Source of the DNA: Rhina ancylostomus
Taxonomy: Eukaryota
NCBI GenBank assembly: GCA_030265395.1
Contig: JARFYF010000104.1
Coordinates: forward strand, 88,693,330 to 88,757,329
DNA length: 64,000 bases
Reading direction: 5' to 3'
The translations under genes and the position numbers were made by a program. This document shows positions 1 through 12,383 of the stretch, piece by piece. The notes beneath the pieces were generated by a model. The model ran no database searches. It saw only the letters and a list, made by a program, of their open reading frames with translations, and was not told the origin of the DNA. The first letter of the stretch is position 1, and each line of letters begins with the position of its first letter.

Positions 1-328
1 CTCCAGTACTATTCCCGTAGACAACAAGGACTCAAGGATCCTAGCCAAAGGTTCAGCAATCTTCTCCCTCACCTCATGGAGCAGCCTGGGGAATATTCCG
101 TCAGGCCCTGGGGACTTATCTGTCCTAATATTTTCTAACAGCTCCAACACACCCTCTCTCTTGATATTAACATGCTCGAGAACATTACCCTTACCAACAC
201 TGTCCTCAGCATCATCAAGGCCCTTCTCCTTGGTGAATACTGAAGAGGAGTATTCATTGAGGACCTCACCCACTTCCACAGTTTCCAGGCACATCGTCCC
301 ACCTTTATCCCTCATCAGTCCTACCTTC
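1..328 (-). mobile_element. CR1 LINE ORF2 fragment (linker upstream of RT), runs off window start
   Basis: Minus strand reads ...EVGEVLNEYSSSVFTKEK...DKSPGPDGIFPRLLHEVREKIAEPLARIL, a typical CR1 ORF2 peptide; similar to the copy at 41.2-41.4 kb. Confidence 0.85.
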
Positions 329-849
329 AGTAGTCCAATGTCCAACATTTTGAAGTTTGTTCTTTTCCTCCAAATCACGAGTATTGAAATACCTTAACAC
401 AAAGTTTTAAATACTCGTATTTACAAGGAAAATGAAGTAGCATCTAACTGATGATATTGGAAAACAATTATTCTTTAAAATAAAAAACATAAATAATGAT
501 TGGATTTGCTGTATTGCAATGTTGTAATATAAATCAGCATGGTGATATGAAGGAAAAACAAATGTTTTGAGAACATCATCATACTCTGATATATATTTGA
601 TGATAATAAAAACCTTTGTCTGACACCATTTATAGTAATTGTGAACACATGAATTTTTAAAGAAAAATTAAAAATAAGACAACATGTTTTACTTATAATT
701 GAGGACAGAATTATATCCGTCCTTGTCCAATTATGCTTGCAGGCAGATCTCTGGATTAAACGATTAATTATTTCATTGAATTATGGAATGACACAGTGCA
801 ACAGGAGGCCAGACTGTGACAACATTTTGGTGATGCTTTTCAACAGGAT

Positions 850-1620
850 TCAGCTCCACCTAAGCTCTTCCCATCTTCATGCTATCCATAGCACAGTAGA
901 TAATTCCTTGACAAGTATTTGTCCAATTTCCTTTCACAAGCTATCATTGTGTTGGTTCCACCACCCTTTCAGGAAGCGCAACATCACAGCAACTTACTGT
1001 GTAAAAAAAAATCCCTCTAGTTCTTTTGCCAATCACTTTATACCTGTGCCAATTGATATCCGATCACATCTGTTCACGATTTAGTATAACACTTATGCCC
1101 TTATCCTTCACTACCCCATTACCATAATCCCCAATCTTCACCCCTGGTTTCTACACATAATTGAAATCCCTGATAACTTTTTCATGCCCTCCCCATAAAA
1201 TGTTGACATCCTATCTGATGTGTGGTACCCAGTTTTTGACACACTGCTGGAATTACAGCCTACCCAATGCTTCCTAAAGCTTTAAACTTCCTGATTTATT
1301 TTTGCACTCTATGCCAAACTAATAAAACCAAATAAAGAAATCCAAAAACAGCAGCAACTTTCCTTGCTGCCTTCAAAGACCTGTGTACGTGCACAACTAT
1401 TTTGCTATGTCTCTGTGCCCAATATAAAATTACAATATTTAGTTAATACTCATTCTGCTCGTTCTTCCTGCCAAAATACAACACTTAAAACTTTCCTGTA
1501 ACTAAATTTCATTACCACTCATCTGCCCATTTTACCATTTCTCCTATGGTCAGATGTTATCACTGCCTTTGTTTTCAACCATGTCATTGGACAACACTGA
1601 AATCGTACCCTATACATATA
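850..1620 (-). mobile_element. Very old, degraded CR1 3' portion
   Basis: Scattered similarity to the CR1 3' region (tgtggtacccag, gacacactgctg, aaatttcattaccactcatctgcccat); no ORF. Confidence 0.45.
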
Positions 1621-1626
1621 ATTCCA

Positions 1627-1747
1627 GTTCAAAGTCAAAGTCGAGTTTATTGTCATCTGCACAAATACATATATGCACAGGTGCAATGAAAATCTTACTT
1701 GCAGCAGCATCACAGGCACATAGCATCATATAAGCAGCATTCACAAG
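1627..1747 (-). mobile_element. Rex1/Babar-like LINE 3' UTR end, truncated by gap
   Basis: aaagtcaaagtcgagtttattgtcat...gtgcaatgaaaatcttacttgcagcagc; near-identical to 33382-33490. Confidence 0.6.
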
Positions 1748-2067
1748 NNNNNNNNNNNNNNNNNNNNNNNNNNNNNNNNNNNNNNNNNNNNNNNNNNNNN
1801 NNNNNNNNNNNNNNNNNNNNNNNNNNNNNNNNNNNNNNNNNNNNNNNNNNNNNNNNNNNNNNNNNNNNNNNNNNNNNNNNNNNNNNNNNNNNNNNNNNNN
1901 NNNNNNNNNNNNNNNNNNNNNNNNNNNNNNNNNNNNNNNNNNNNNNNNNNNNNNNNNNNNNNNNNNNNNNNNNNNNNNNNNNNNNNNNNNNNNNNNNNNN
2001 NNNNNNNNNNNNNNNNNNNNNNNNNNNNNNNNNNNNNNNNNNNNNNNNNNNNNNNNNNNNNNNNNNN

Positions 2068-2175
2068 GAGAAATAAAGCACTGCAGATGCTGGAATCTAG
2101 ATGAAAATCTCTATGATGATGGAGGAACTCAGCAGGCCAGGCAGCATCGGTGGAGAAAAGCAGGTGGTCAACGGA
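2068..2175. mobile_element. Penelope-like element terminal (pseudo-LTR) fragment
   Basis: actgcagatgctggaatct...ggaggaactcagcaggccaggcagcatc, same family as 46150-46360. Confidence 0.65.
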
Positions 2176-2783
2176 AACAAAGTCAACAGAAACATGTTCA
2201 GAAACATCCAAAAGCTATTAAAAAAATAAGAAATCAGAATAACAAATTTCTTTTTTTAAATAATTTTGTTTTGCTTTATGCTATTAATTATTTGGAAGTT
2301 ATTAAATGTTTTTAGTTGATTTTTTTATAAAACTAACAAATAAGGAAATTTCGCTTCTTAGCTTCCTTCCCCCATAATCCTACAATCCCCACTGTCACCC
2401 AATGAATTTTGCATCATTGCAGTCACCATCCCATTAAGTACATGGCTGTTAACTTTGTTAACAAGTCTTTCACTTTTTTTGTGAAAGCATACTTTGAAAG
2501 TTCATTGACACAACATCAGCCACATTGCTTCTTCAACCCTATAATTTACTTCATCAAGTGACTCAATCACAGTAGCCCAACATGATTTGACTTTAATGCA
2601 CTTCAGTAGTTGCTGATTAGTTTTGCCCTGGAATATTTTCTCTAAAGTAGTCCGCACCACCATTATTCAGTTGTACCTTCCTCCCCACTCTTTTAATAAA
2701 GCAGTGCCACATTTGCAATCTTCCAGTCTTGTGGTTACATCACCATACCTACAGAGAATTGGAAGATTGTGGTCAGATCTTTC

Positions 2784-2827
2784 TGTTATGGACTAGGTTA
2801 CTATTAGTGAGTGTCCCTTTAAGATAG

Positions 2828-2904
<77 letters not shown>

Positions 2905-3195
2905 NNNNNNNNNNNNNNNNNNNNNNNNNNNNNNNNNNNNNNNNNNNNNNNNNNNNNNNNNNNNNNNNNNNNNNNNNNNNNNNNNNNNNNNNNNNNNNNN
3001 NNNNGAGTTTGGGAATTTGCCACACACACACGACAAGTTTAGTTAGTTTTTGGGGTTAATGTTCAAGGTTTAACATTTTTATTTCTAACATTCTAACATT
3101 TTTACTTTTATTTTTCTTATTATTATAAGTAGTTATTAATAAAGTAGTTTTTAACACATGTCTCAGTGTGTTTCTTTTGTTCCTGGTTCGTAACA
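2784..3195 (+). mobile_element. Probable solo LTR containing a (TG)n tract and a gap
   Basis: Starts TGTTATGGACTAGG and ends CCTGGTTCGTAACA (11/14 terminal inverted repeat, TG...CA); AATAAA near 3138; TSD not clear. Confidence 0.5.
2832..2904. repeat. (TG)n microsatellite
   Basis: About 36 perfect TG units running into an N gap. Confidence 0.98.
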
Positions 3196-4959
3196 AATCA
3201 CAATAACTTGCAATGTATTTTTGTGTTTAGCACCACAGATAAAGCATCCTTGAAAACTAAACTCTTGGGAAAAAATGTTTTTTATTAGCAAGTAGTGCTA
3301 GCATCTTTCTGCAGTGCACAATGCAATATTTCATCCTGCTTGGAAATAGAACCAACCTATTTCTGGGTTGCATTGCTGCTGATATTTTGCTAACTATGTA
3401 TTCTAAGCACTAATGTTATGATGAAGATTCCATGGGGTCAAGTCCACACTTGATGAGTTGCCACTGTTCCCAGGGGTGATAATTTCAAATGAAGCAGGAC
3501 TGAACAAATTGAGGTTCTGAGTCGTGGGTGGATAAATCATACACATCAAGTAACAGAGAGCTGGCAGATGCTGCACTGAAATCCCATAATCTCCAAAGGT
3601 GTTAAAAGCCAAACAATAAGCAACCTTAATGGTTTAGTCAAGTCATGGCAAATTAATTTTAGATTAACATTTTTCTCAGAATTTAGTGCTCAATTGACAG
3701 CATTGATAGTTTTGCTTCAGGATAAATTGCATCTACAATAATGATTCTTCTCATTATAAACTAAATTAAACTGGACCTTATGTAAGTGAAGAGTTAACAT
3801 TGATATGACTATGATACGATACGATAAGAAAAACTGTCACTTTAATTTGATTTTGTGGTTGATCTTTAAATAAAAGTCCTTTAGTAAAGGATGCCTGGGT
3901 CACTTGGTTAATGAAAAATGTGAATTGAAAGCGGAGTCTGTACATTAAGCTTCAACATTTTTGTGCATTGTCTGAACCCACCAAGTATTTTCACACTTTT
4001 CAAGGTGTCTGCCAATAGCTGATCTCTAGCCATTAGTCTGTCTCTATGACAAGTTGTAAAATGTTTTTGACATTTCAGCATAGCAGAAAAAGAAAATCAC
4101 CATCAAAGTACTGCAATTTGCAGGCAGCATTATTGTTATTGGTTGTTAAAATAGCAGAACTGGCAGAATTTGTTTCCTCAGGAGAAAGGCAGTTACAAGA
4201 ATTTGCTGCTAAAGTAGATGTGTATATTTGTGAGCATTTCAAGTAATAAAGTAACAGAGAAAGGGGGTTTAATTGGTTATATCCCAAAAATGGGTAGGGG
4301 AGTGCAACATACAATAAGCTGATGACCTAACAGTGTGCTGCCTCCACCACTATGATAGTTTGTACATTGAGCTAGTGCTCCCTGCAGTGTTCGTTGGCAG
4401 ATGAGCAGGAGCATTGTTAGGGAATTGGGTGCTGGGAGTCATTTGGTGTGTGATTCTGATCCAGGAAGGAGTGAACAATGGATGGAGAGAGATGGCCCAA
4501 GGGTCTGGGTGGAGTGCCGGAAATGGCTAAATAATTTTGCATGAGTGGTCAATTGGCAATATCTTCACAACTGTACCACTAGCCTCAGGCACCAGTCAAA
4601 CCTCACACTCCCCAACCAATCCACTGTCAATTAGGATTTATACCCAACATTTGTAAATTTCACACCATGCCCGCATACTTATATTATTAACAGTCTTTAC
4701 ATTAACTTTCCATGAATAGATAACTGTCCAGAAGAGCGGTAATGAAATGTGAAGGATCCAAAGAGTAAAAATAGGAAAATGTAAATGAGTGCTTGATAAT
4801 CAGTAAGGACTTGGAAGGCTGATGAGCCTGCTTGCATGTTGTATGACTCTCTGACTAAAGTACAGTGCAGTAGAAATGGGACCATCAACAATACTTTACC
4901 CACCACATAGATATACAGATACCTTCAATTTTAATGCAAAAGAAAGAGAAATGCACGAG

Positions 4960-5190
4960 TGGCTATTAGAAAGTCTACCTGGATAATTAATGTCTGAAAA
5001 GCACTGCTGGGGTTAGAAGAGTGGCAGATTCAGTTGTAGCATTCAAAGGGAGCTGGATAAGTACTTGAAAAGAAAGAACTTGCAGAGCTGTCAAGAGATG
5101 GCATGGAGGTCGGAACAGATGAATCACTGTTACATAGAGCTACTACAGACTTGATAGTCAAATGGCCTTCTTCCATGCTGTGACCATTCT
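4960..5190 (+). mobile_element. Old CR1 3' end fragment
   Basis: gtagcattcaaagggagctggataagtacttgaa...aatggccttcttccatgctgtg matches the CR1 3' terminus seen elsewhere in the window. Confidence 0.6.
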
Positions 5191-7281
5191 GTGATTCACA
5201 GAGTGCCATTCAGCTATGATTGATAAATCCAAACACGTTCCAGCAACCACTGATACACTTCCTTTCCTCTTATAGGATGAAATGGCATATAACAAGATAC
5301 AGGAAAAACTAACCAGAGGAGAGAAAATGAGCCTTAATGTTCTAGCACAATGCCTGTTGCTGAATGTCTGGGCTGAATCCATTAAAAACAAAAGGATCTG
5401 CATGAGAGAAACCTTCCATTCCTGTAGAGATAAGCCTCACCATAAATAACCTCACCTCAGAACAGTTGTTTATTCACAGAAAGGTAATATATGCAGTGGA
5501 TAATGAGTAAATGCAGTCTGAAAACCACTGCAAGGTAGATGCAAATTTGCATGATTCATGGTGAAAAATCACCACCTGCTACAAGTGATCAACTTAACAG
5601 CTTTTCTGCTTGAGGGTTTTAATCATAGAGCCACAAACTAAATAAAGCTGTCATTTAGTTCATTATGCCCATGCCTATTGTTTGGAAGAACTATACAATT
5701 GGTCCTACATTTTCTCCATAAGTCTTTTCCCTGCACGTTTATCCGATCTTCTTTTGAAAATTGTTATTGAATTTACTTCCACCATCCTTTCATCCAGTCC
5801 ATTCCAGATCATAATGACATCTAACTCTTAATGCCTTTTCTTTTTTTTCTACATACCATAATAAATATTTGTTTTTTTGATTGCCTACATCTTCTTCCCA
5901 TCTCCTTTACCAGACCATTCATGATTTTGCACACTTCTACCTCCCAGGCAGAGCAACCCGGCTTTTCCAGTCTCTCCACATAGCTGAAGTCTCCCAGTGA
6001 TGATACCAACCTAATAAATCTTTTCCATTTCCCCTTTAACTCCTTAAATGCCCCTTCCAGAGCGCACTGGCCAGAATTGGGGACAATGACGTTTTACAGG
6101 AAGGGTGGGGGTGGGCAAGAAGTAATGACGCAAAAATGCGGGCTTCCCTGAGTTCATCGGTTACTTTCTTCAATTCCATTTGTCTACACCCAACCAGGCA
6201 GACTGAGAGGCTGGTGCAGGAAGAGCTGTGGTATCAAGCCACAGCTTGCAAGCAAAGGTAAGTGAGGGCAGAGATAGTGGCCCAGAAAGGATGCTGGGCT
6301 GGGGAGGGGTGTTAAGGAGGGGTGAGCTCTAGGAGAAAATTGCAGGCTGTGAGCAAATCTGTGCCGGGGTGAAAGCAAGCAGCCCTGCTGAAGTACTTAA
6401 ATGATGGCTTTGAAGCAGAATAATCTCCTCTCTCACAAACTACCTGGATCTGTTGAGTGATTAAGAAAATTAATCAGGATTAATCACAAGCATAAAAATG
6501 TTATTTGTGAGTTTCTTGCAGCTTTAATTGCATGGTTAGGCAATGAGAGAATACTACTAATTTGCATTGGTTTAACTAATTGAATGAACTTGCTCTTTAT
6601 TCCTTATAATGCGTACATGTGCCTGGTCTCCTCACCTTTAGCTCATCTCCTCAGTATTGAATCTACCTCCAATACTTCCCTCGGCAGTGCATCCCAGACC
6701 CACATAACTTACTGCATAAAAGAATGTTTTCTTCATGTCGTTCTTAGTTCTTTCGCCANNNNNNNNNNNNNNNNNNNNNNNNNNNNNNNNNNNNNNNNNN
6801 NNNNNNNNNNNNNNNNNNNNNNNNNNNNNNNNNNNNNNNNNNNNNNNNNNNNNNNNNNNNNNNNNNNNNNNNNNNNNNNNNNNNNNNNNNNNNNNNNNNN
6901 NNNNNNNNNNNNNNNNNNNNNNNNNNNNNNNNNNNNNNNNNNNNNNNNNNNNNNNNNNNNNNNNNNNNNNNNNNNNNNNNNNNNNNNNNNNNNNNNNNNN
7001 NNNNNNNNNNNNNNNNNNNNNNNNNNNNNNNNNNNNNNNNNNNNNNNNNNNNNNNNNNNNNNNNNNNNNNNNNNNNNNNNNNNNNNNNNNNNNNNNNNNN
7101 NNNTTTATAAAGCCCAGATTTCCACGTGCTTTCTAACCAATTTCTCTACAGATTCTCCCATTGTCTATGAATCTATGATTTGTACATTGTGTCTGGAAGG
7201 AACAAGCTTGTCTTATACTTTTAGTATAATTATAACCTTTGTAACAGAGCCTGCAGCCTTTCAGATAATGTTATGGTGGCA

Positions 7282-7549
7282 GCTATTACAGCAACCTGGG
7301 TTCAATTCCTGCTGCTGCCTGTAAGGACTTTGTACGTTCTCCCCATGTCTGTGTGGGTTTCTCCGGATACTCCGGTTTCCTCCCACGTTCCAAAGACATA
7401 CGGGTTAGGAAGTTGCAGGCATGCTATGTTGGCGCCGGAAGCGTGGCGACACTTGCGGGCTGCCCCCAGCACATTCTTAGCAACGCAAAAAGACGTATTT
7501 CACTGTGTTTCAATGTACATGTGACTAATAAATATCTTATCTTATCCTA
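7282..7549 (+). mobile_element. Young tRNA-derived V-SINE, slightly 5'-truncated
   Basis: B-box ggttcaattcc, V-domain (ttctccccatgtctgtgtgggtttctccgg...ccggtttcctccca), tail gtgactaataaa plus (TCTTA)n. Confidence 0.9.
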
Positions 7550-7754
7550 GTGTAATTTGAACTTCCGTAATTGGGCCAGTTAGCTTTCTGATTCTTGAAT
7601 CAAATATGTATGAACTGGAAAAAAATATGCAAATATATCAGAATTTAAAAAAATGTATGGAGTCATAACACTTAAAGAAAACTTCCATAAATTAATCTGT
7701 TTTAAGTTGTGCACCATTTGTGGCCCTCTTTGGATCTTCTAATGCTATATACTG

Positions 7755-7963
7755 GAGCAGCACTGTGGAGCTGTAGTTAGTACAGATACCTTACAGCTCC
7801 AGAGACCTGTGTTTGATCCTGACCTCAGGTGTTCTATGGATGGAGTTTGCAGTTCTTCCTGTGACTGCATGGGTTTCCCCTACATGTTCCAGTTCCCTAC
7901 CACATCCCCTGTGAATTATTCTCAGTGCTGGTGGATGGCAGGAGCATTGGGGTGGGGGGGGGG
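7755..7963 (+). mobile_element. Older, diverged V-SINE (HE1-like)
   Basis: Degenerate head (ttacagctccagagacctgtgtttgatcctgacctc) and V-domain (ggagtttgcagttcttcctgtgactgcatgggtttcccc). Confidence 0.65.
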
Positions 7964-10900
7964 NNNNNNNNNNNNNNNNNNNNNNNNNNNNNNNNNNNNN
8001 NNNNNNNNNNNNNNNNNNNNNNNNNNNNNNNNNNNNNNNNNNNNNNNNNNNNNNNNNNNNNNNNNNNNNNNNNNNNNNNNNNNNNNNNNNNNNNNNNNNN
8101 NNNNNNNNNNNNNNNNNNNNNNNNNNNNNNNNNNNNNNNNNNNNNNNNNNNNNNNNNNNNNNNNNNNNNNNNNNNNNNNNNNNNNNNNNNNNNNNNNNNN
8201 NNNNNNNNNNNNNNNNNNNNNNNNNNNNNNNNNNNNNNNNNNNNNNNNNNNNNNNNNNNNNNNNNNNNNNNNNNNNNNNNNNNNNNNNNNNNNNNNNNNN
8301 NNNNNNNNNNNNNNNNNNNNNNNNNNNNNNNNNNNNNNNNNNNNNNNNNNNNNNNNNNNNNNNNNNNNNNNNNNNNNNNNNNNNNNNNNNNNNNNNNNNN
8401 NNNNNNNNNNNNNNNNNNNNNNNNNNNNNNNNNNNNNNNNNNNNNNNNNNNNNNNNNNNNNNNNNNNNNNNNNNNNNNNNNNNNNNNNNNNNNNNNNNNN
8501 NNNNNNNNNNNNNNNNNNNNNNNNNNNNNNNNNNNNNNNNNNNNNNNNNNNNNNNNNNNNNNNNNNNNNNNNNNNNNNNNNNNNNNNNNNNNNNNNNNNN
8601 NNNNNNNNNNNNNNNNNNNNNNNNNNNNNNNNNNNNNNNNNNNNNNNNNNNNNNNNNNNNNNNNNNNNNNNNNNNNNNNNNNNNNNNNNNNNNNNNNNNN
8701 NNNNNNNTTTGTTTCATAAGTAAATTTTGAGTATTGTTTTCGTAAATGAATATGTAATAGACAAATGTTCTGAATGCGTAAAGGAAAACACATTAGTTAA
8801 CAACCTCACAGGTTTGGGAAGAATCCTTCCTATTGCCTGAAAGATGAATACAATCCTAATTTTGTCTCTGATCACACTGAATAAATATTTATAGTCAGCA
8901 ATACTGATTGCCAGGAAAAGTAACACTTCTTCTAATAGATGCAAGGTTTGCTTTCTCCCTATTGCAGAATTGGAAATTTTGAAACATGTTCATTTCAAAA
9001 CTATTCAGCCCATCGTTACTTCTTTTAAATCAAAAGCCTGGTTAAAATAGAAGAACATTTGTTAGTTGTTGATTCTCCTTGTGTTGGGCTGATGCAGGGA
9101 TTCCCTGGATGATTTCCTTGAAGACTAGAAACAAATGTTCACTTCTACTGACAGTCAATAATTCCACTTCAACACTGAATTCTGCAAGTTATTTTTATTT
9201 TTCAGCACATTCTGCAAGTCGCAAACGGAATACGAACTTGTTTAATCAGACTTACATACTTGAGAAGTTCTTGCAAGGATATCTCAGGGATGTAACATCA
9301 CATTCTAAAATCGTCTGACTAGCGTTTCCTGGAATTGAAGATCATCTTGTGATTCATCTGCCAAAACAAAGTGTATTGGCTTACACTGTAGATTTATAAC
9401 CAGAATGATTCATATCTAGTAGGTAGGTCATTACTCCATGTAGAGGATCACAAATTATGGGCATCCACAGCACTTTATCAAAGAAGTAATATCTAACTCA
9501 GCACAAAGCAAAAAAAAACTACAGATGTTCGAAACTGGAAATAAAAGCAGAAAATGCCGATAGAATTCAGTATCTGAAATCTGGAAGGCAATCAGCTCAC
9601 ATGTATGTACCTCCCACAAAGGCTTCACATATTGGGTCAGCTGTCATCCAATTGCAACAAAGCACAGATATTAATGACAGCACTAACTAAATCAGAACTC
9701 CAGCATACATACACTACATAATAAAAGTAAAGACTTTGATTTAAGTCAAAACCTCAAAACATTGCAAAGTGTTTCGCAGTCAGTGAAATATTCTGAAGAA
9801 GTTCCAGAAATGACAATTTCTGCGTTGACAAACTCCCACAAACAGCTGCGAAACAATGAAAGAGAAACACATTTTTAGGGATTTAGAATGAGGAATAAAT
9901 ATGTGTTAGACACTCCCTTGCCCTCCCAGCCCAAGTACCAGCCAGCTTCCATATCCTGGGATCATCTCTCATTTACCTAGATGTGAAAGAGGTGAAAGAG
10001 AAAATAAAATACAGGAAATGATTGAGAACAAGAAAGGTGATAAAATATGAGAAAGGAACACTTGAAGGAGAGTAGGATTGAATGTTGACAGAGAAACATG
10101 CAGTGAAGAAACATATGCAAAGAAGTTAAAAAAAAAGGTGTAAAGGGACTCAGAAGGGTGAGAAGTTGACGTATGCCAGCAAGTGTTTCCCAGCTAATGT
10201 TGGTTTGTCAGTTTGGGGTGACAGAAACCAGCAAGGGATTTAAGTCCTAAAGTGGCTCCAGAATGCTCTGCAGCATTCCTCCTTTGCATTTGTGTGTCCA
10301 GCATAATGATCCAGATTTAGTGCTCCTCAATGAATATAAAGCACCCAGAAATACATAAAGAATTGAAGGTTTTCAAACTATACCAACTCTTTCAGCTCCA
10401 TTTACCAGGCAGTCAGACTGAAATCAGCCACCAACACAATTGCTTTCACACAAAGCAGGTGAGTCATGTCAAAGAATCCCGCTTGATCCATGGGCTGGGA
10501 AGAGCCAAAATACATCAATGCTAAAAACTGGATTGTGGATTCAGCCAATAATAACTTTGGCAACACCTCAACATTCAGAATATGTAGAATAAAATAAAAA
10601 CAAGTTGTTCTTTATGGACATGATCCAAATTTATAATTGGACTCAGAAATCAATTGCATTGTGACCTGAAAAAAAAACAAGCTGTTGAAAGCACAGTGTG
10701 TGAGGGATGCAGTGGACACTATTGGAGACCAGCACTGCCTGTACCTGTCAAGGTCACAGTCACCCTGAGTTCCTTTTCCAGGCTGTAAATGGTGAATGCC
10801 GTGACATCACCCTGTAGATTGCCGCACCAACATGGTCAGCAAGGTATTTTATTTAAGGAAGAATAGTTGTATTTATTTCCTGATTGTTCAAATAAAGCAG

Positions 10901-11504
10901 GACTTTGCACACATTGTGGTTCTCCCAAGGCTATGAGATGCCCTAGATTGCACTCACATTGCCACATGATTGCATATTAACAGAATGGCATTTTCTTAAT
11001 TAGATAGGAAGACCAGTCCTTTAGCATTCACCTCATTCACCCCAAGTAATGCATAATGCAGAATCTAACAGCTGTCATGATTTGTGTTCCTTGTACCTGA
11101 TTAAATGCTGGCCATCGGGTGACAAGGGGTATCACTCCAGTTAAAGTTCAGAACTTCTGTCCTGTTAGGAAGTTGGGTATGATTATAGAGAGGACTCACA
11201 CTTAGTCTACTGATTAAAACTACTGATACAGAAAATGTAAATCAATATTTCAATCCAGATGTACAAAACCTAGCCACCACCTGAGTGGGTAGAATTGGGG
11301 GGGTAGTTCATGAACAAGTAGTGTCACTAGCTGCAGGCACCTCTTGGGTACTAACTCCAGAGATGGGTTCTTCCTTCCTAACTGGCAATTGATTCAGTCT
11401 TTCAGTAACACTTCTTCAAGCCTTCCTGCAGGTAACCTCAAGGGTATGAGTCAAAGATGTCAGCATCAGTTCCAATCTAAAACCAAGTTCTACAACTCAT
11501 TTTG

Positions 11505-11970
11505 TTCTTTTTAAATTTCACACATGGGAGCTTCTGGCAAGGCTGGCATTTATTGCCTATTCCTAATTGCCTTCAGAAAATGATGATGAGCTGCCTTCTC
11601 AAACTGTCACAGTCCATGTGGTGAAGGTACTTCTGTGGTAGTGTTATAGGGGAAGATAGAGGACTTGGCTCAGTAACAAAAATAGGAGTGGAGATATGTT
11701 CCAAGGTCAGGATAGGTGTGACTTGGAGATGATATTACTCCCATCTTCTTCTTGTCCTCGTCCTTCTAATTGGTAAAGATCATGGACTTGAGTGCTGTTG
11801 CCGAAGAAAACTCCTCAGGTTGCTGAAGTGTATTTTACAGATGGTACATGTCACAGCTACAGTGTTTGAGAAAGTGGATGCTTCTGGCATTAGATGATAT
11901 AACAAATATATGGGACACTTCGGCCTGGATGTTGACAAACCAATTGACTGCTGTTGGAGCTGCTTTGCTC
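11505..11970 (-). mobile_element. Old CR1/L2-group LINE 3' region fragment
   Basis: Reverse complement of the 3' end at 16.9-17.3 kb (ggcaaggctggcatttattgcctattcctaattgcc). Confidence 0.65.
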
Positions 11971-12160
11971 NNNNNNNNNNNNNNNNNNNNNNNNNNNNNN
12001 NNNNNNNNNNNNNNNNNNNNNNNNNNNNNNNNNNNNNNNNNNNNNNNNNNNNNNNNNNNNNNNNNNNNNNNNNNNNNNNNNNNNNNNNNNNNNNNNNNNN
12101 NNNNNNNNNNNNNNNNNNNNNNNNNNNNNNNNNNNNNNNNNNNNNNNNNNNNNNNNNNNN

Positions 12161-12383
12161 AGTGTTCTGGCGGCAGCCCGCAAGTGTCGTCACGCTTCTG
12201 GTGCCAACATAGCATGCCCACAACTTCCTAACCCGTATGTCTTTGGAATATGGGAGGAAACCAGAGCACCCAGAGGAAACCCACGCAGACACGGGGAGAT
12301 CGTACAAACTCCTTACAGAGAGCAGTTGGAAGTGAACCCGGGTCGCTGGTGCTATAAAGCGTTATGCTAACTGCTACACTACC
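12161..12383 (-). mobile_element. Young V-SINE, 3' part lost in gap
   Basis: Reverse complement of the family at 7282 and 48278. Confidence 0.9.

Noticed and set aside
2773-3059. THTH/CVCV repeat ORFs
   Set aside because: Translations of the (TG)n microsatellite plus gap.
7791-8793. Long ORFs (260-308 aa) here, and similar ones at 1.7, 6.6, 11.8, 23.0 and 58.8 kb
   Set aside because: They consist mainly of N-gap codons and are artefacts.
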